IMG/VR virus record: IMGVR_UViG_3300011242_000003
Span: 1-64,000 of that record
Source: a virus
Lineage: Duplodnaviria > Caudoviricetes
Strand: one strand, 5' to 3'
DNA length: 64,000 bases
Of this stretch, positions 40,440-51,952 are shown in pieces. Each line of letters begins with the position of its first letter. Position 1 is the stretch's first letter. Position numbers and translations under genes: made by a program. The notes beneath the pieces are model-generated. The model saw only the letters and a list, made by a program, of their open reading frames with translations, did not search any database and was not told the origin of the DNA.

Positions 40440-42760
40440 TTTCTAAATTCCTTCTTTCTTTTTATTTATTTAATATTTTGTTTTACTAACTCTATATACT
40501 AATAATAACTTGTGCAAAATTAAATGTCAATAGTTATTTTAATATTTAATATTTTATTTTGCTTAAACTTAGATTACATTAATTATAATGTTATGTCAAT
40601 ATATTTTTAGAATTATTTTAAATTTTTATTCTACCATTTATATAGGGTATGGTTATATTAGGTACTTAATTATTTTATATTGTAAAATATACCCCCCGTA
40701 TATGGGTTATTTATTTTTTATGTTGTTTTAATAATATGTGGTATGTAATGGTAAATTATAGTAATTTATTATTAAAAGTTATAAATATTATAAAATTCAA
40801 TTTAGAGTCATACGATGGTCAGTAGTCGGTGACTCTATTTTTATTTGTATTATTAGGATGGTTTTACATGGTGTAAAGCTAGTGTTTTCAATAGGTTGAG
40901 TGTGTTTTGAATAGTGGTATTTTAGTGTTTACTGATTTCGAGTGATTGATGTTGTAATAGTATCATCGGGTAAAGTGTAGTAATATCAATGGTTTGAGAG
41001 GATTTAGAAGTTGTTTTTAAGGAATTTAAGGGTATTTTGAGATATTTGAAATTGTTAGGAATGGCATGAATAGGGGATTTATACGAAGTGATTTACGAAT
41101 GAAAATAGGGTAAAATAGAGGTGTTTTGTGAATTTTAGGAGTTTTTGTGGGAGATTTTTGAAAATTTTATGGTGTGTAATTTTTTATAAATTTGAATTAA
41201 TGTTTGTGTTTTTATGGTAAATATTGGGTTATTTAATGGAAATTTTTAACGTTCGTGGTTTGATTGGGAATTATGCATGATATAAAGTGTTAGCGAACAT
41301 TCATTCCCACAAACATCCGTTCAATATGTAAACTAACCCCCGTACCCTAGTGATAGAGCCATTCTCTTAACTCTGTATAATACTATATTATACGTACTTA
41401 AGCAGTAAATATCTACCATTTATACAAACTTTGTAACATATGTTACCATTATATCAGTTCTGCTCTCAGAATATACACATAATCAATAACTATTATTACT
41501 TAAAAATATGTATCATGAATGGCTACAAATGGCTTGAATACGTACATTGCGAGGGGTTGGAGGTCTGAAAGTTCGGATTTAAGGATGGAAGTTTATGGTA
41601 ACACTTAACTACTATGTATAACAAGGTATATCATTATATGATATAGTTAATGTAATACTGTTACTCTTAACTACTACGATAGATGGAGTAATTAACTACA
41701 TAGAGTAATACAACTTACTACTATACATAGTATTAAATACTACATGATACACTATAATACACCACTTAACTATATCACATTATTACGATATAAAAAAATA
41801 TATGTAATACACTAAACCATATAACATAATACCAATTAATACATTACGTAGTTATCAATACTACATACACGCTATAACATAATACATCTGTTTAGTATGC
41901 ATATACTATACCTAAAGTTTACACATACTAAACAATAATAAGTATACTATTACTAAACTATTAGTTTATATATATTAAACATACTAACAACTATATACAC
42001 TTACTTACTATATCATATACAACACTATCTAATAACTATTACTAACTATTACTATCATTAATCAATACAACATATAACAACTACATAACATTATACATTA
42101 ATAGATATCAACTATCAATAAACAAACAATAACATATCCATATCAAACACATCCAACTAACAATAATAAACAAACACAAACAATATTATCTGCTCTCAGC
42201 CATCCAAACAAACTCCACAGATATTACAACAGTACGATTACCTATCCATCCAATAATCCAATTGAGAACATACTCATACAAACGATGTATACAACCTAGT
42301 AATACACTCATTCTCATAACATTATCAATTACAATTACTCTCAACTAATAATTCTAAATGAGAATAGCACTAAAAACACTATAAAAAGTACAATATTTAA
42401 TATATTATTCATTATAATGACTACACTTATCACTACTCAATCATCTAATATTAATACACGAACTATATTACAATATGACTTACTAATGTACGTATAATAA
42501 TATTATTCCTATTATTAATAAATCAAATACTATCTATTAGGAATTATAATAAACAAAATATTAAATTAGTGGAATATATTATAATAATATGATACAATAA
42601 TGTATATGGGTATTTTTATATTCTAACACACAATTATAGGAGGTGGAAACATTGCAGTAAATTAATACTAAGCAGAGTAATATATTAAATAATATGGGGA
42701 ATTGAGTTCCTTATATATAATATATTATAGTTGGAAGTGATTTCCCCATATTAAAAAGGA
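40440..42760. other. 2.3-kb non-coding region with inverted strand skew at the divergence of transcription
   Basis: No ORF in the track. The plus strand is G/T-rich at about 40.7-41.3 kb and A/C-rich at about 41.65-42.45 kb. Confidence 0.7.
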
Positions 42761-42761
42761 G

Positions 42762-43490
42762 GTGATTATTATAAAATTAAATAAAGAAGAATTGTCTAGT
42801 ATATTAGGTATAACAAAGGAGAGTTTAAAAAAGATAGAAACTAAAGGACAACTTGAACAGAGATTAAATGCTAAAGGTTACATATTAAAAAATAGACTTA
42901 AAGAAGGTAGAAATATATATTACATAATTGAATTAGAAAATGAGAACAAAGAGGTGTATTCTAATATGTGTGAATATGTGTATAATGTTAAAAAAGAAAC
43001 GGAATTTACAAAATATTTTACTGTAAGAACTTCCACAAATGGCAATGAACTATTTCCTTTAAATTGTGCAGACATTGGAGAAGTTGCAAATGTAAGTTCT
43101 AAAACAGTTAAAAAATGGGATAATACATTGGAAATCAAAGACATAATAAGGAAAGATGGATTCTATTATTTTTCTATGGAATTAGAAACTAAAGAAATTA
43201 AAATGTGTTCTAAACAAGAGTATTTGAATTTTTGGAAGAATAAAGCGTTATTAAGTGCTTTAAATTCTTTGCAAATAAGATACATAAAGGGAGAAATTAC
43301 ATTAACGGAATTACAATTGTCTTCTATTGATATAGGTAATATTACTATGGCAGTAAAAGGAAAGTATTATTATAGAACTAAAAAATATGCAACGAACAAA
43401 GACAACAAATTATACATAGATACACTTGAATTAATTAAGGCGTTATATGGGAATAAAGATATAACAATTGAATATGAACTGATAGAGTAA
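42762..43490 (+). CDS. Hypothetical DNA-binding protein
   Basis: Two HTH-like segments; AAGGAGGTG RBS. Confidence 0.6.
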   Translation: MIIIKLNKEELSSILGITKESLKKIETKGQLEQRLNAKGYILKNRLKEGRNIYYIIELENENKEVYSNMCEYVYNVKKETEFTKYFTVRTSTNGNELFPLNCADIGEVANVSSKTVKKWDNTLEIKDIIRKDGFYYFSMELETKEIKMCSKQEYLNFWKNKALLSALNSLQIRYIKGEITLTELQLSSIDIGNITMAVKGKYYYRTKKYATNKDNKLYIDTLELIKALYGNKDITIEYELIE

Positions 43491-43521
43491 AATATTAAAT
43501 AGAGAGAAGGAATATAAAACA

Positions 43522-44190
43522 ATGAGAGGTATTTATAAAATTATAAATAAAACTACAAATAAGATTTACATAGGTGAGAGTTTAGATATATTGAGAAGAT
43601 GGGAAGAACATAGAAATAATTTAAATAACAATAAACATCATTCATATAAGCTACAACAAGATTGGAATACATATGGACAAGATAATTTTGATTTTAAAAT
43701 TGTATCTGTATTAGATGAATCAATTACTAATTATATAGGCAAATATATATGTGTCATATTTGAATACGTATATATAAATAAATATAACACTATAGAAAAT
43801 GGTTATAATGTAGAAAACACTTTACAATGTGTAGTAAATAAAACTAAGTCAATTACAAACAATATTGAAAAGGATTATGGTATTTGTAAAAGATATTGTA
43901 ATATGTATAAGAATGGAGAGATTATTAACAAGGATGGCATTATATTTATTAATAAATATTCTTTTAAAGATATCAACAAGGAATTAAATATAAGTAATGA
44001 AAAGGGAAAAGAATATTTTACATATAGTAGTTTTTATAGTGGCATCACTAAAAAGGTATTAAAAGAAGAAAAGTGTATAAATGGCATAATAACAAATAGC
44101 AATTATACCTATACAAAATTTACATATGAATTATACAAAAACATATTAAAAGAGATTAGAGAAGTTTTAAAAAATAAAAGTAATAAATGA
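43522..44190 (+). CDS. GIY-YIG endonuclease
   Basis: GIYKI...YIGES..I.RRW.EH...LQQDWN.YG...E...GYN. Confidence 0.88.
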   Translation: MRGIYKIINKTTNKIYIGESLDILRRWEEHRNNLNNNKHHSYKLQQDWNTYGQDNFDFKIVSVLDESITNYIGKYICVIFEYVYINKYNTIENGYNVENTLQCVVNKTKSITNNIEKDYGICKRYCNMYKNGEIINKDGIIFINKYSFKDINKELNISNEKGKEYFTYSSFYSGITKKVLKEEKCINGIITNSNYTYTKFTYELYKNILKEIREVLKNKSNK

Positions 44191-44755
44191 TAATTATATA
44201 ATATTATTATCAACTTAAAGAGTATGGAATTATATCACATACTCTTTATTTCACATTCCTTCACTTTTTAAAAACTTTAAACGTACAAATACATATCTTT
44301 ATAAAAATCCAATTGATAACACTCTCTTAGAATCCATCCTCTATAATGCAGTAATATCAACATTTACAAGGATTTTACACAATTCAATTATCAATTAGAA
44401 TTATTATCACTTGATAAAATCATGTATTTTCTAATATTTTGACTCTGAAAAGCTATAAAATTGACTATAATTACACTCATATAAACTAATATATTAAATT
44501 ACCTTAAATTATGCAAGATTCAATAATCTACTTGCAAATGAAGGAATTATATTTTCTCTTGCATATGAAATATTATATTGAATAACTTGCAATTGTTTGT
44601 AATGGCAACAGTATTAGTACTATTGATAAATACAATAGTTAGTATTACAAACTATAATAAATAATATATTAAATTATATATACATTATTAATAATTTATA
44701 GTATTATATTAGTAGGATATAAATTATTAATAATGATTTTTGGAGGATTAAGAAA

Positions 44756-45304
44756 ATGAATATATTAAAAACAATAACAACTATAACACTATCTTTAAGC
44801 ATATTAAATCCATTCAACAATACAAATAATACAGAATCTAATTACAACATAACCATACCAACTCCACAAAATGAGATAGTACAAACAATAGAAAACTACT
44901 CCAATTGTTACACACAAGACCTAAAAACTAATGAAGACTTACAAGAATATGCAACTCAATTCCTAGAAGATAATTATAATATAGAATTAAACATTCCAGT
45001 AACATTTAAATCTATAGATAGTAATATACTAGGGGCGTTCTATTATAATAAAGACACTAATAAACCGATTAAAATAGTTATAAATAACTTAATGTTAGCA
45101 GACAATAATTATTGTAGCCACGATATAGAAAGAACTCTAATTCATGAATGTACACATCTAGCATTAAATATATTGAATCAAGATTTCAAAGATGGTCAAG
45201 AAAGTTTTGAAAATGAAAATTATAAATTAGGTGGCAGAAGCAACGATATAAATACAAAAGCTAACTATCTAAATAGTAAAATAATGGTTAAATGTTGTAA
45301 TTAA
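44756..45304 (+). CDS. Secreted SprT-like zinc metallopeptidase
   Basis: Hydrophobic N-terminus; LGAF, TLIHECTH and DG..FE.E motifs; followed by its own terminator. Confidence 0.7.
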   Translation: MNILKTITTITLSLSILNPFNNTNNTESNYNITIPTPQNEIVQTIENYSNCYTQDLKTNEDLQEYATQFLEDNYNIELNIPVTFKSIDSNILGAFYYNKDTNKPIKIVINNLMLADNNYCSHDIERTLIHECTHLALNILNQDFKDGQESFENENYKLGGRSNDINTKANYLNSKIMVKCCN

Positions 45305-45791
45305 AGAATAGTATAACTTACTATTCTTTTTTCTTTTGCTCCAGTATCAACAAACAATATAAAATTCACATTTTAACTGTGTATTATTGTAGATATAACG
45401 TTATTTGCTCCATATACGCTCATAGTTACATTTTAAAGTTATAAAGGTATAAACAAGATAATAACAGATAAAACACGTTATAATTGATTTTGTGACTATG
45501 TTATTTTAGATTACAATATATTATCTACATAAAACTTACTAAAACAAGCCTACAATAACTCTATACACTCCATATTGCCATTTTAACGCCACTTAGCACG
45601 ATTAAGGGTTAATTACATTACCAACTCGATTAAAACGTGTTAGATGTCATTTTACGAACACAATAAATATTAACAACTATACATATTTTGTTTACAATTT
45701 ATTAACTTTACAATATATATAACATAGTTTATAATTATAAGTGTAGAGGAGATATAAAACTTCTACATTACTACATAAAACTTACTAAAAC

Positions 45792-45836
45792 AAAATATTA
45801 AAAAGTTGTTGACATTAGTTAAGTATAGTAGTAAAA
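45792..45836 (+). promoter_or_regulatory. SigA-type early promoter with upstream AAAATATTAAA box
   Basis: AAAATATTAAA, then TTGACA at 45809, a 17-bp spacer and TAAAAT. Confidence 0.7.
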
Positions 45837-46357
45837 TAAAGATAGTTAAACAAGTCATTACATAAAATCAAAAGAATTTATCAAAAATATTATATTAAAT
45901 TAGGTATCAAATTCGATACTACTGCATATAATATAATATAATATATAGATAAATAAGAAGTTCTTAGAAAAGTAAATAGTGTAGATACACACGAGACAAG
46001 TACACCGTAACATTTTATGTTATGCTAGTTTAGAAAAGTAAGAAAGTAGAAAAAATAGTAAAACCAAACTAAAGTAAAATAAATCTTAAAAGAGTGTATT
46101 CAAATTTAAATAGTAAATCAATGAATTGAAATATTAAGAGTATAAAACCTAACCGACATTTAATTAGAGCAGTAAATTATACTAATCTTACAAACTGCAT
46201 AAGCGACTAGTAATATTAATATATAGCCAGTTAGTGCGACTTGCTAAGTTATTTATAACTTATATGTTTTATACTCTTATCTTAACTAGTGTAAATATGT
46301 TACAATGTTTATAGTAATTAAGATTTAAAATTTAATTATGAAAAGGGGTTATGAGTT

Positions 46358-46675
46358 ATGAAATTTTATTATAAAAATAACGGAGAATTAAAAGGGGAAC
46401 TTAAGAGTGTATTCTGTAGTGATTATAGTATAGAAATTAGACTACTACATTGTCAAAATAGAAAAGCAATAAGCACAGATTTAGAAATTAATGTTTTAAA
46501 TAAAGATGGAGATTATGTAGATACGTTTATCCATAGTACTATTAAATCCGAGGGAGATTATGATAGTGTTATAGATTATAACACAAACGAATTTGAAAGT
46601 GTTAAAAAGAAACTTTACAAATATTTAGATACACATTTTCATAACGTTAAAATCATTGAAGATTGTGAAGGATAA
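46358..46675 (+). CDS. Early hypothetical protein
   Basis: AAGGGG RBS plus ORF. Confidence 0.6.
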   Translation: MKFYYKNNGELKGELKSVFCSDYSIEIRLLHCQNRKAISTDLEINVLNKDGDYVDTFIHSTIKSEGDYDSVIDYNTNEFESVKKKLYKYLDTHFHNVKIIEDCEG

Positions 46676-47070
46676 GGAGGAGTAAAATCCTTCCAAAGTA
46701 CATAAAATAAGACTTTTAAGTTAAAAATTGTTAGGATTTATAAGTAGAAAAAATTTATAAATCCTATAGAGTTTTTAAATAAACAAATATATTAAAAATA
46801 AAACTGATATTTTAAAGGCTATTTATAGCCTTGTACATATTAAACTAGTTGGATAAATTAGTTTAAACGTAGTTTCTATAGGTTAATCTAAAAAATCTAT
46901 AATACAGATGAATAAAAAATACTAAAAGGTTATACTATTAATGTGAAGAACTAAAGAAAAATTAAGTAAAATAAAATATTAAAAAGACTAGACAAAAATA
47001 TAAAAAGTATGCTATAATGAATTATAAGATAAATCAAGAAAAAATATTAAATGTAAAGGGGTAATACAAA

Positions 47071-47361
47071 ATGTTAGAAAAAATATTTAAAATGTTTATA
47101 AATGGAGAAAGAGAAAAAAGAGAAAATTCAACTTTATACTATGGTATGGCATCTAGCAGTGATTTATTTTATCACAAGTGTAAAGAGTATGGTTTTGCTG
47201 ACGTAGAATATAACTACTATCAAGTAGCACTGTGTAATGATGAAATGTTAGCAACTATAAGCTATACTGAAGGCGATGTATACCTAGAGGTGTTCAATAG
47301 TAAAGAATCTTACTTAGAAGGCAAAGAAAAATTCATTAACTGGTATAAAGAAAATTGTTAG
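47071..47361 (+). CDS. Early hypothetical protein
   Basis: RBS plus ORF; promoter at 46973-47018. Confidence 0.6.
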   Translation: MLEKIFKMFINGEREKRENSTLYYGMASSSDLFYHKCKEYGFADVEYNYYQVALCNDEMLATISYTEGDVYLEVFNSKESYLEGKEKFINWYKENC

Positions 47362-47449
47362 AAATAATATATTAAATAGTCGTTAATAGCAAACGGAGAT
47401 TTGCAACGGCAATACATAATAAAATAATAAATATAAAGGGGTAGTTAAA

Positions 47450-48019
47450 ATGAAAAATAAATATATAATTGAACAAATGGCAGAGTCAAGATGGTTTTAC
47501 ACATTTACAGAAGCAAATAAAAAAGGTGAAAAATTAATAATTGAATTATCAAAATGTGAAGATAACACTTCAAAAAATTCATTACCTAAACTTTGGAAAC
47601 AACATGGTTGCATTGACAGAGTTTTGGAAAATTATTGGAGTATTAACACCTATGTTAAAGATACTGAAGGAAATAGTTATGGTATGTATAATCCACAACA
47701 TAAACTAACAGAAGATAGAAAAAGGGAAGTTATAAATTTTGAATGGATGTTTGAAGCAACAGAAGAAAATAAGGAGAAATTAATAAATGAAGTGTATAGG
47801 TTATTTTCCTCAGCTAAGGGAGAAACTGCTACAGAAGAGAAAAAGAGAAATATAAAAGAATATGCAATAAAAAATAATATAGATATATATAAAACAATAC
47901 CTCGAGGATGGAGCAAGTCAAATTATTGTCTAACTGCTCCAATAGGGACAATTTGGATAAATAATAATAAATCATTTAAAAGCGGATGCAGAAAACAAAG
48001 TATATTGCTTGTAGGTTAG
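47450..48019 (+). CDS. Early hypothetical protein
   Basis: RBS plus 189-aa ORF. Confidence 0.65.
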   Translation: MKNKYIIEQMAESRWFYTFTEANKKGEKLIIELSKCEDNTSKNSLPKLWKQHGCIDRVLENYWSINTYVKDTEGNSYGMYNPQHKLTEDRKREVINFEWMFEATEENKEKLINEVYRLFSSAKGETATEEKKRNIKEYAIKNNIDIYKTIPRGWSKSNYCLTAPIGTIWINNNKSFKSGCRKQSILLVG

Positions 48020-48123
48020 TTTTAAATATAGTTATATAAAATATTAAAAGCCTTTAAGTATTACAGAGATAATACAAGGCTAGTACATAATTAATAAGAA
48101 AAAATTTAAGGAGTTGTTTATAA

Positions 48124-48363
48124 ATGAAAGATATAAAAGTTATAAAAACAAATGGAGATTATTTCTTTACTAAAATCAACGGAACTGAAGAGGATATTAT
48201 AAATCATTATAATGATAATAACTTTTTAAGTTCAAATGATGACCAAATTAAAGAGGTCACTATAATATTAAAGGGTAAAGAAACTGGATTTCCAGGATGT
48301 AAACAAAGAGATATAATATATCAATTCACATATAATGATAAGGCACAATGTTATTTATATTAA
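48124..48363 (+). CDS. Early hypothetical protein
   Basis: AAGGAG RBS plus ORF. Confidence 0.55.
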   Translation: MKDIKVIKTNGDYFFTKINGTEEDIINHYNDNNFLSSNDDQIKEVTIILKGKETGFPGCKQRDIIYQFTYNDKAQCYLY

Positions 48364-48395
48364 GAAAAAATAAAGTATGTAGGAGTGAATGAGAT

Positions 48396-48683
48396 ATGAA
48401 TAAATTTAGAATACCAATAGTAAAATCAAGGGTAGATATAAATGATGTTTTTATAGATAATGGCTATATTAGAAAGCCTTTTGAAGATGTTTTTAAAAAT
48501 TATGATAAAGCAATTGATTTTTTAAAAAACAATAATGTAAAAGCATCTTTTCACAATGTATTTATAAAAGACAATCATATAGCATTATTTAGTAATTGGG
48601 AGGGCAACGAATATAATCAAATGGTTAAAAATCCACACTATATAGAAGCGTATGACATTACACAAATACAAATATATTTATAA
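48396..48683 (+). CDS. Early hypothetical protein
   Basis: AGGAG RBS plus ORF. Confidence 0.55.
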   Translation: MNKFRIPIVKSRVDINDVFIDNGYIRKPFEDVFKNYDKAIDFLKNNNVKASFHNVFIKDNHIALFSNWEGNEYNQMVKNPHYIEAYDITQIQIYL

Positions 48684-49265
48684 TCAAACAAATTAAAAGG
48701 CTGATTTTAAGTGAAATAAAATATTAAAAATGTATTGACAATGTGATTAATATAGTATAAAATTAAGGTAGTTAATAAAATATTAAATTAATATAAAGCG
48801 AGGTAATAATAATATTATATTGTGTAGATATTAGAGAAAAGAAAACAGGAAATACAATTAAAACAATTTTAGAAACAGAAATTCACGAAGAAGCGTGGAA
48901 TGTTGTAAATGAATATAGTGAAGAATACGGAATATATTTAACAATTGCAAAAGAATATCCAAAGGAAAAATATTTTCTTGATGTTTATAATAAAGAAAAC
49001 TAATAAAATATTAAAGGAGCATGAGAAAAAATGTTAATTAGTCAAGAAGGAAATTTATTCATTATATCCAGTAATGGAGTCATAACAACTAGCAACAAAA
49101 ATAAAGATATGGCTATCAAGTGCCATAAACGTAAATTACAAGTGTTGAAATGGTTGCATGTAATATAACATACATAGAGAAAAAATGCTTTAGAAGGCAT
49201 ATGAGAGAGTTTAAATGGGTATTGGAAAAATAGTATATAAGAAAAAAATAAGGAGTGAATAAGGT

Positions 49266-49829
49266 ATGAAAAAGGGATGGGGCTATGGTAAACAATCCAT
49301 GTCATTAAATGATAAAATCAAAAATGGTAAGGTATTAAAATTTGAAAATAATAATATGAAAGTATATGAATATATTTTAAATGCTTCAGCTCATACTTAT
49401 TTTAAGGATATTACAATAAAATATATTAACAATTTAAACACTAAGAAAAAAACAATAGTATTAAATGGATTATATAAATCAATAAATTATGATTGTAGTA
49501 AATGTAAAAATCAAAATGAATTATTTGAATATGTGGCTAATACATTAATTGATTTATATATCAGAGAAAATTCTAAATTAGAAGATGATTATTTTCAAGG
49601 CAAAGAAAATTATATGTATTGCATAAAAAACATGAATTATATTGATTCTTTAAATAATAATGAATTTACAAAGTTTATAAATAAATTTTTTAATACAATA
49701 TCAGAATTTAAAATGGAAACTAGGAGAAAAATTTGGAATGATATTTACAAAGATATTTTTAATAGAAGTGAATATCAAGATGAAGATATAGTAAATTTAC
49801 ATTGTAAATATATTGAATTATCACAATAA
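49266..49829 (+). CDS. Early hypothetical protein
   Basis: AAGGAG RBS plus ORF. Confidence 0.6.
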   Translation: MKKGWGYGKQSMSLNDKIKNGKVLKFENNNMKVYEYILNASAHTYFKDITIKYINNLNTKKKTIVLNGLYKSINYDCSKCKNQNELFEYVANTLIDLYIRENSKLEDDYFQGKENYMYCIKNMNYIDSLNNNEFTKFINKFFNTISEFKMETRRKIWNDIYKDIFNRSEYQDEDIVNLHCKYIELSQ

Positions 49830-49866
49830 AATGTATGTTTTATTTAATTAAAAAGGAGTGTTTTGA

Positions 49867-50076
49867 ATGGAAATAATAACAGAGAATAAAGGGTATAAAT
49901 TTAGTGAATTAAGCACAGAAGCAAAAGAGAGAGCAAAGCAAGACTATTATGACGGGATAGATAATGGTGACAGTTGTGAACAATTTGAAGTAATGTTTAG
50001 TGATAAAGAATATTCTGAGTTGTCAGATGGAAATGATTATAAATACTATGAAGACGGAGAATTGAAAAACAGTTAA
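49867..50076 (+). CDS. Early hypothetical protein
   Basis: RBS; YKFSELSTEAKERA motif. Confidence 0.55.
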   Translation: MEIITENKGYKFSELSTEAKERAKQDYYDGIDNGDSCEQFEVMFSDKEYSELSDGNDYKYYEDGELKNS

Positions 50077-50109
50077 AAGAAAAAAATAAGTAGTATGGAG
50101 GAATAGGAA

Positions 50110-50331
50110 ATGGAAAAATATTTAAAACAATTAAAGGAATATATGAAATATAATAAATTAGAAAATAGTTTAATACATGAGAATTTTAAAAAAGCTTTTA
50201 TAAGTGAGGATTTTCATAATATGTATTTAGATTCTAAGACTTATCCAGCATTAAAACAACAAGTATGGAAATTAATGTGTCAATATCAAAATGAATTTTC
50301 TAATAAATATATAAAACCTTGGATATGGTAA
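50110..50331 (+). CDS. Early hypothetical protein
   Basis: GGAGG RBS plus ORF. Confidence 0.55.
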   Translation: MEKYLKQLKEYMKYNKLENSLIHENFKKAFISEDFHNMYLDSKTYPALKQQVWKLMCQYQNEFSNKYIKPWIW

Positions 50332-50371
50332 TAAAATAAAAGAATAAATTTATAAGTATAAGGAGGAAAAA

Positions 50372-50584
50372 ATGAAAAGAGGTTTTCAAAAGGGAACTGT
50401 GTGTTTCTTTGTAAATGAAAATAAAGAATTAACAAATTGCCAAATATCTTTAGACAAACATAGGCAACTAGAAATAGGAGATATATTTATGTTTAATGAG
50501 GATTTCAAAAACTTCAATCATATACCTATGGTTGTCGTTGGCTTTGCAGATATATTTCCATTAATAGTTGAAGTAAATATATAA
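50372..50584 (+). CDS. Early hypothetical protein
   Basis: AAGGAGG RBS plus ORF. Confidence 0.55.
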   Translation: MKRGFQKGTVCFFVNENKELTNCQISLDKHRQLEIGDIFMFNEDFKNFNHIPMVVVGFADIFPLIVEVNI

Positions 50585-50618
50585 AACAAGTGATTTAAAT
50601 GATATATAAGAAAAATTA

Positions 50619-50690
50619 AGCCGAAACTACTCTTCAATAGAGTAGTCAATATAAGATGATAACTTATATTCTGATGATTGGTAAATCAAA
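50619..50690 (+). ncRNA. Type II hammerhead ribozyme
   Basis: GCC-GAAA, stem III CTACTCT/AGAGTAG, GUC cleavage triplet (after 50647), stem I AATATAAG/CTTATATT, CUGAUGA core at 50671-50677, and a short stem II. Confidence 0.8.
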
Positions 50691-50706
50691 ATATTAAATA
50701 AAGGAT

Positions 50707-50901
50707 GTGCAAATTATGAAACCTAAATATATATGTCAGCTAAATCAAGCCATACAAGAAAAAACTAAGTCAAAGGTAATAAACTACCTTGAAGGAATTG
50801 AGAAGGGGTTAGCGTTCAAATTAGACGATTTTGGAGTACCTAACATAGACAATATAATGAATGATAGTATAAGTAATTTAGAAAATATGATTTATGAATA
50901 G
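50707..50901 (+). CDS. Early hypothetical protein
   Basis: ORF immediately after the hammerhead. Confidence 0.5.
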   Translation: MQIMKPKYICQLNQAIQEKTKSKVINYLEGIEKGLAFKLDDFGVPNIDNIMNDSISNLENMIYE

Positions 50902-50922
50902 AGAAAAAATTTTAAGGATGGT

Positions 50923-51327
50923 GTGTTAATAATGACAAATGAATGTTTGAAAATTATAGAAAAATTAAAAGTTTTGGATAAAATAAAAATAATAAAAACA
51001 GATTTTTACAGTATTAAGAATAACGATAATATGTTTGAAGAAATAGTTGATAATAGGGCGAAATTTTTGGAATTTAACGGAGAGCAAATTCTTTATGAAA
51101 TAGGATTAACTAAGGCAGTAAATGAATTAATCGAAATGTTTGAAGGTTGTAACTCATATGAGGAAGCGAGAGATAAAATTATTGAATTTGGTGGAAAAGA
51201 TTTGTTTTCAGAAGAGAATGGATACTGTATAACAAAAGGCACAACAGGACACCTATATACTGGATGGTGTGTTATATATGGTAATAACGAGGATAAGGCT
51301 ATTTATTGGGATGTAAGATGGTATTAA
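50923..51327 (+). CDS. Early hypothetical protein
   Basis: RBS plus ORF. Confidence 0.55.
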   Translation: MLIMTNECLKIIEKLKVLDKIKIIKTDFYSIKNNDNMFEEIVDNRAKFLEFNGEQILYEIGLTKAVNELIEMFEGCNSYEEARDKIIEFGGKDLFSEENGYCITKGTTGHLYTGWCVIYGNNEDKAIYWDVRWY

Positions 51328-51590
51328 AATCATGGATTTATTTGGTAAGAAAAATATTAACTAGAGGTGAAACAATGAGCAATAAGAAAAAATTTTTATT
51401 AACTTATGAAGAACTATATAAAATATTTCAGCGTGGATACTGCACACAAGAGGAGTTTAATCTATTAAGTAACTCTTATATAGTAAAGGAGATAAGATTT
51501 GTTATAGAGGACTTAGAGAGCATTAAATGGTATATTATCAAAGATGAACTAGAAAATGAGTATAGTATCTATGTAAAGGATGATATATAA
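51306..51590 (+). CDS. Early hypothetical protein (probable start MSNKKK after GAGGTG)
   Basis: RBS before the internal Met. Confidence 0.5.
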   Translation: MGCKMVLKSWIYLVRKILTRGETMSNKKKFLLTYEELYKIFQRGYCTQEEFNLLSNSYIVKEIRFVIEDLESIKWYIIKDELENEYSIYVKDDI

Positions 51591-51710
51591 GAAAAAATTA
51601 GTTACGTAGAATAAAATATTAAATTAAGTGTTGACATAATATAGAAAAGTATGATAGAATTAATTATAAGGTTGGTAGAGAAAAAATAAGTATAAAGGGG
51701 ATATGTAAAG

Positions 51711-51917
51711 ATGATGTATGTTAATAAAAATACTGGTAAGAAATTAACAGAAAAACAATACAATGAATTACTTCATAGAGAAAATTTAGACGCTTGGGAA
51801 AATAATTTAAATGTAATAGTAGAGGAATTTAAAGAAGAGGGGAAAAGTTTTGAAGACTATGAAAAATATATGACTGATACTTATTGTGACTTAGATTTTG
51901 AAATAGTAGAAGAATAG
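51711..51917 (+). CDS. Early hypothetical protein
   Basis: RBS; promoter at 51613-51660. Confidence 0.55.
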   Translation: MMYVNKNTGKKLTEKQYNELLHRENLDAWENNLNVIVEEFKEEGKSFEDYEKYMTDTYCDLDFEIVEE

Positions 51918-51952
51918 TATATAAAGAAAAATAATTATAGGGGTGTATTAAG

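Noticed and set aside
46860-46960. Second hammerhead-like sequence (AAAC...CAGATGA)
   Set aside because: The core is incomplete and the stems cannot be formed convincingly.
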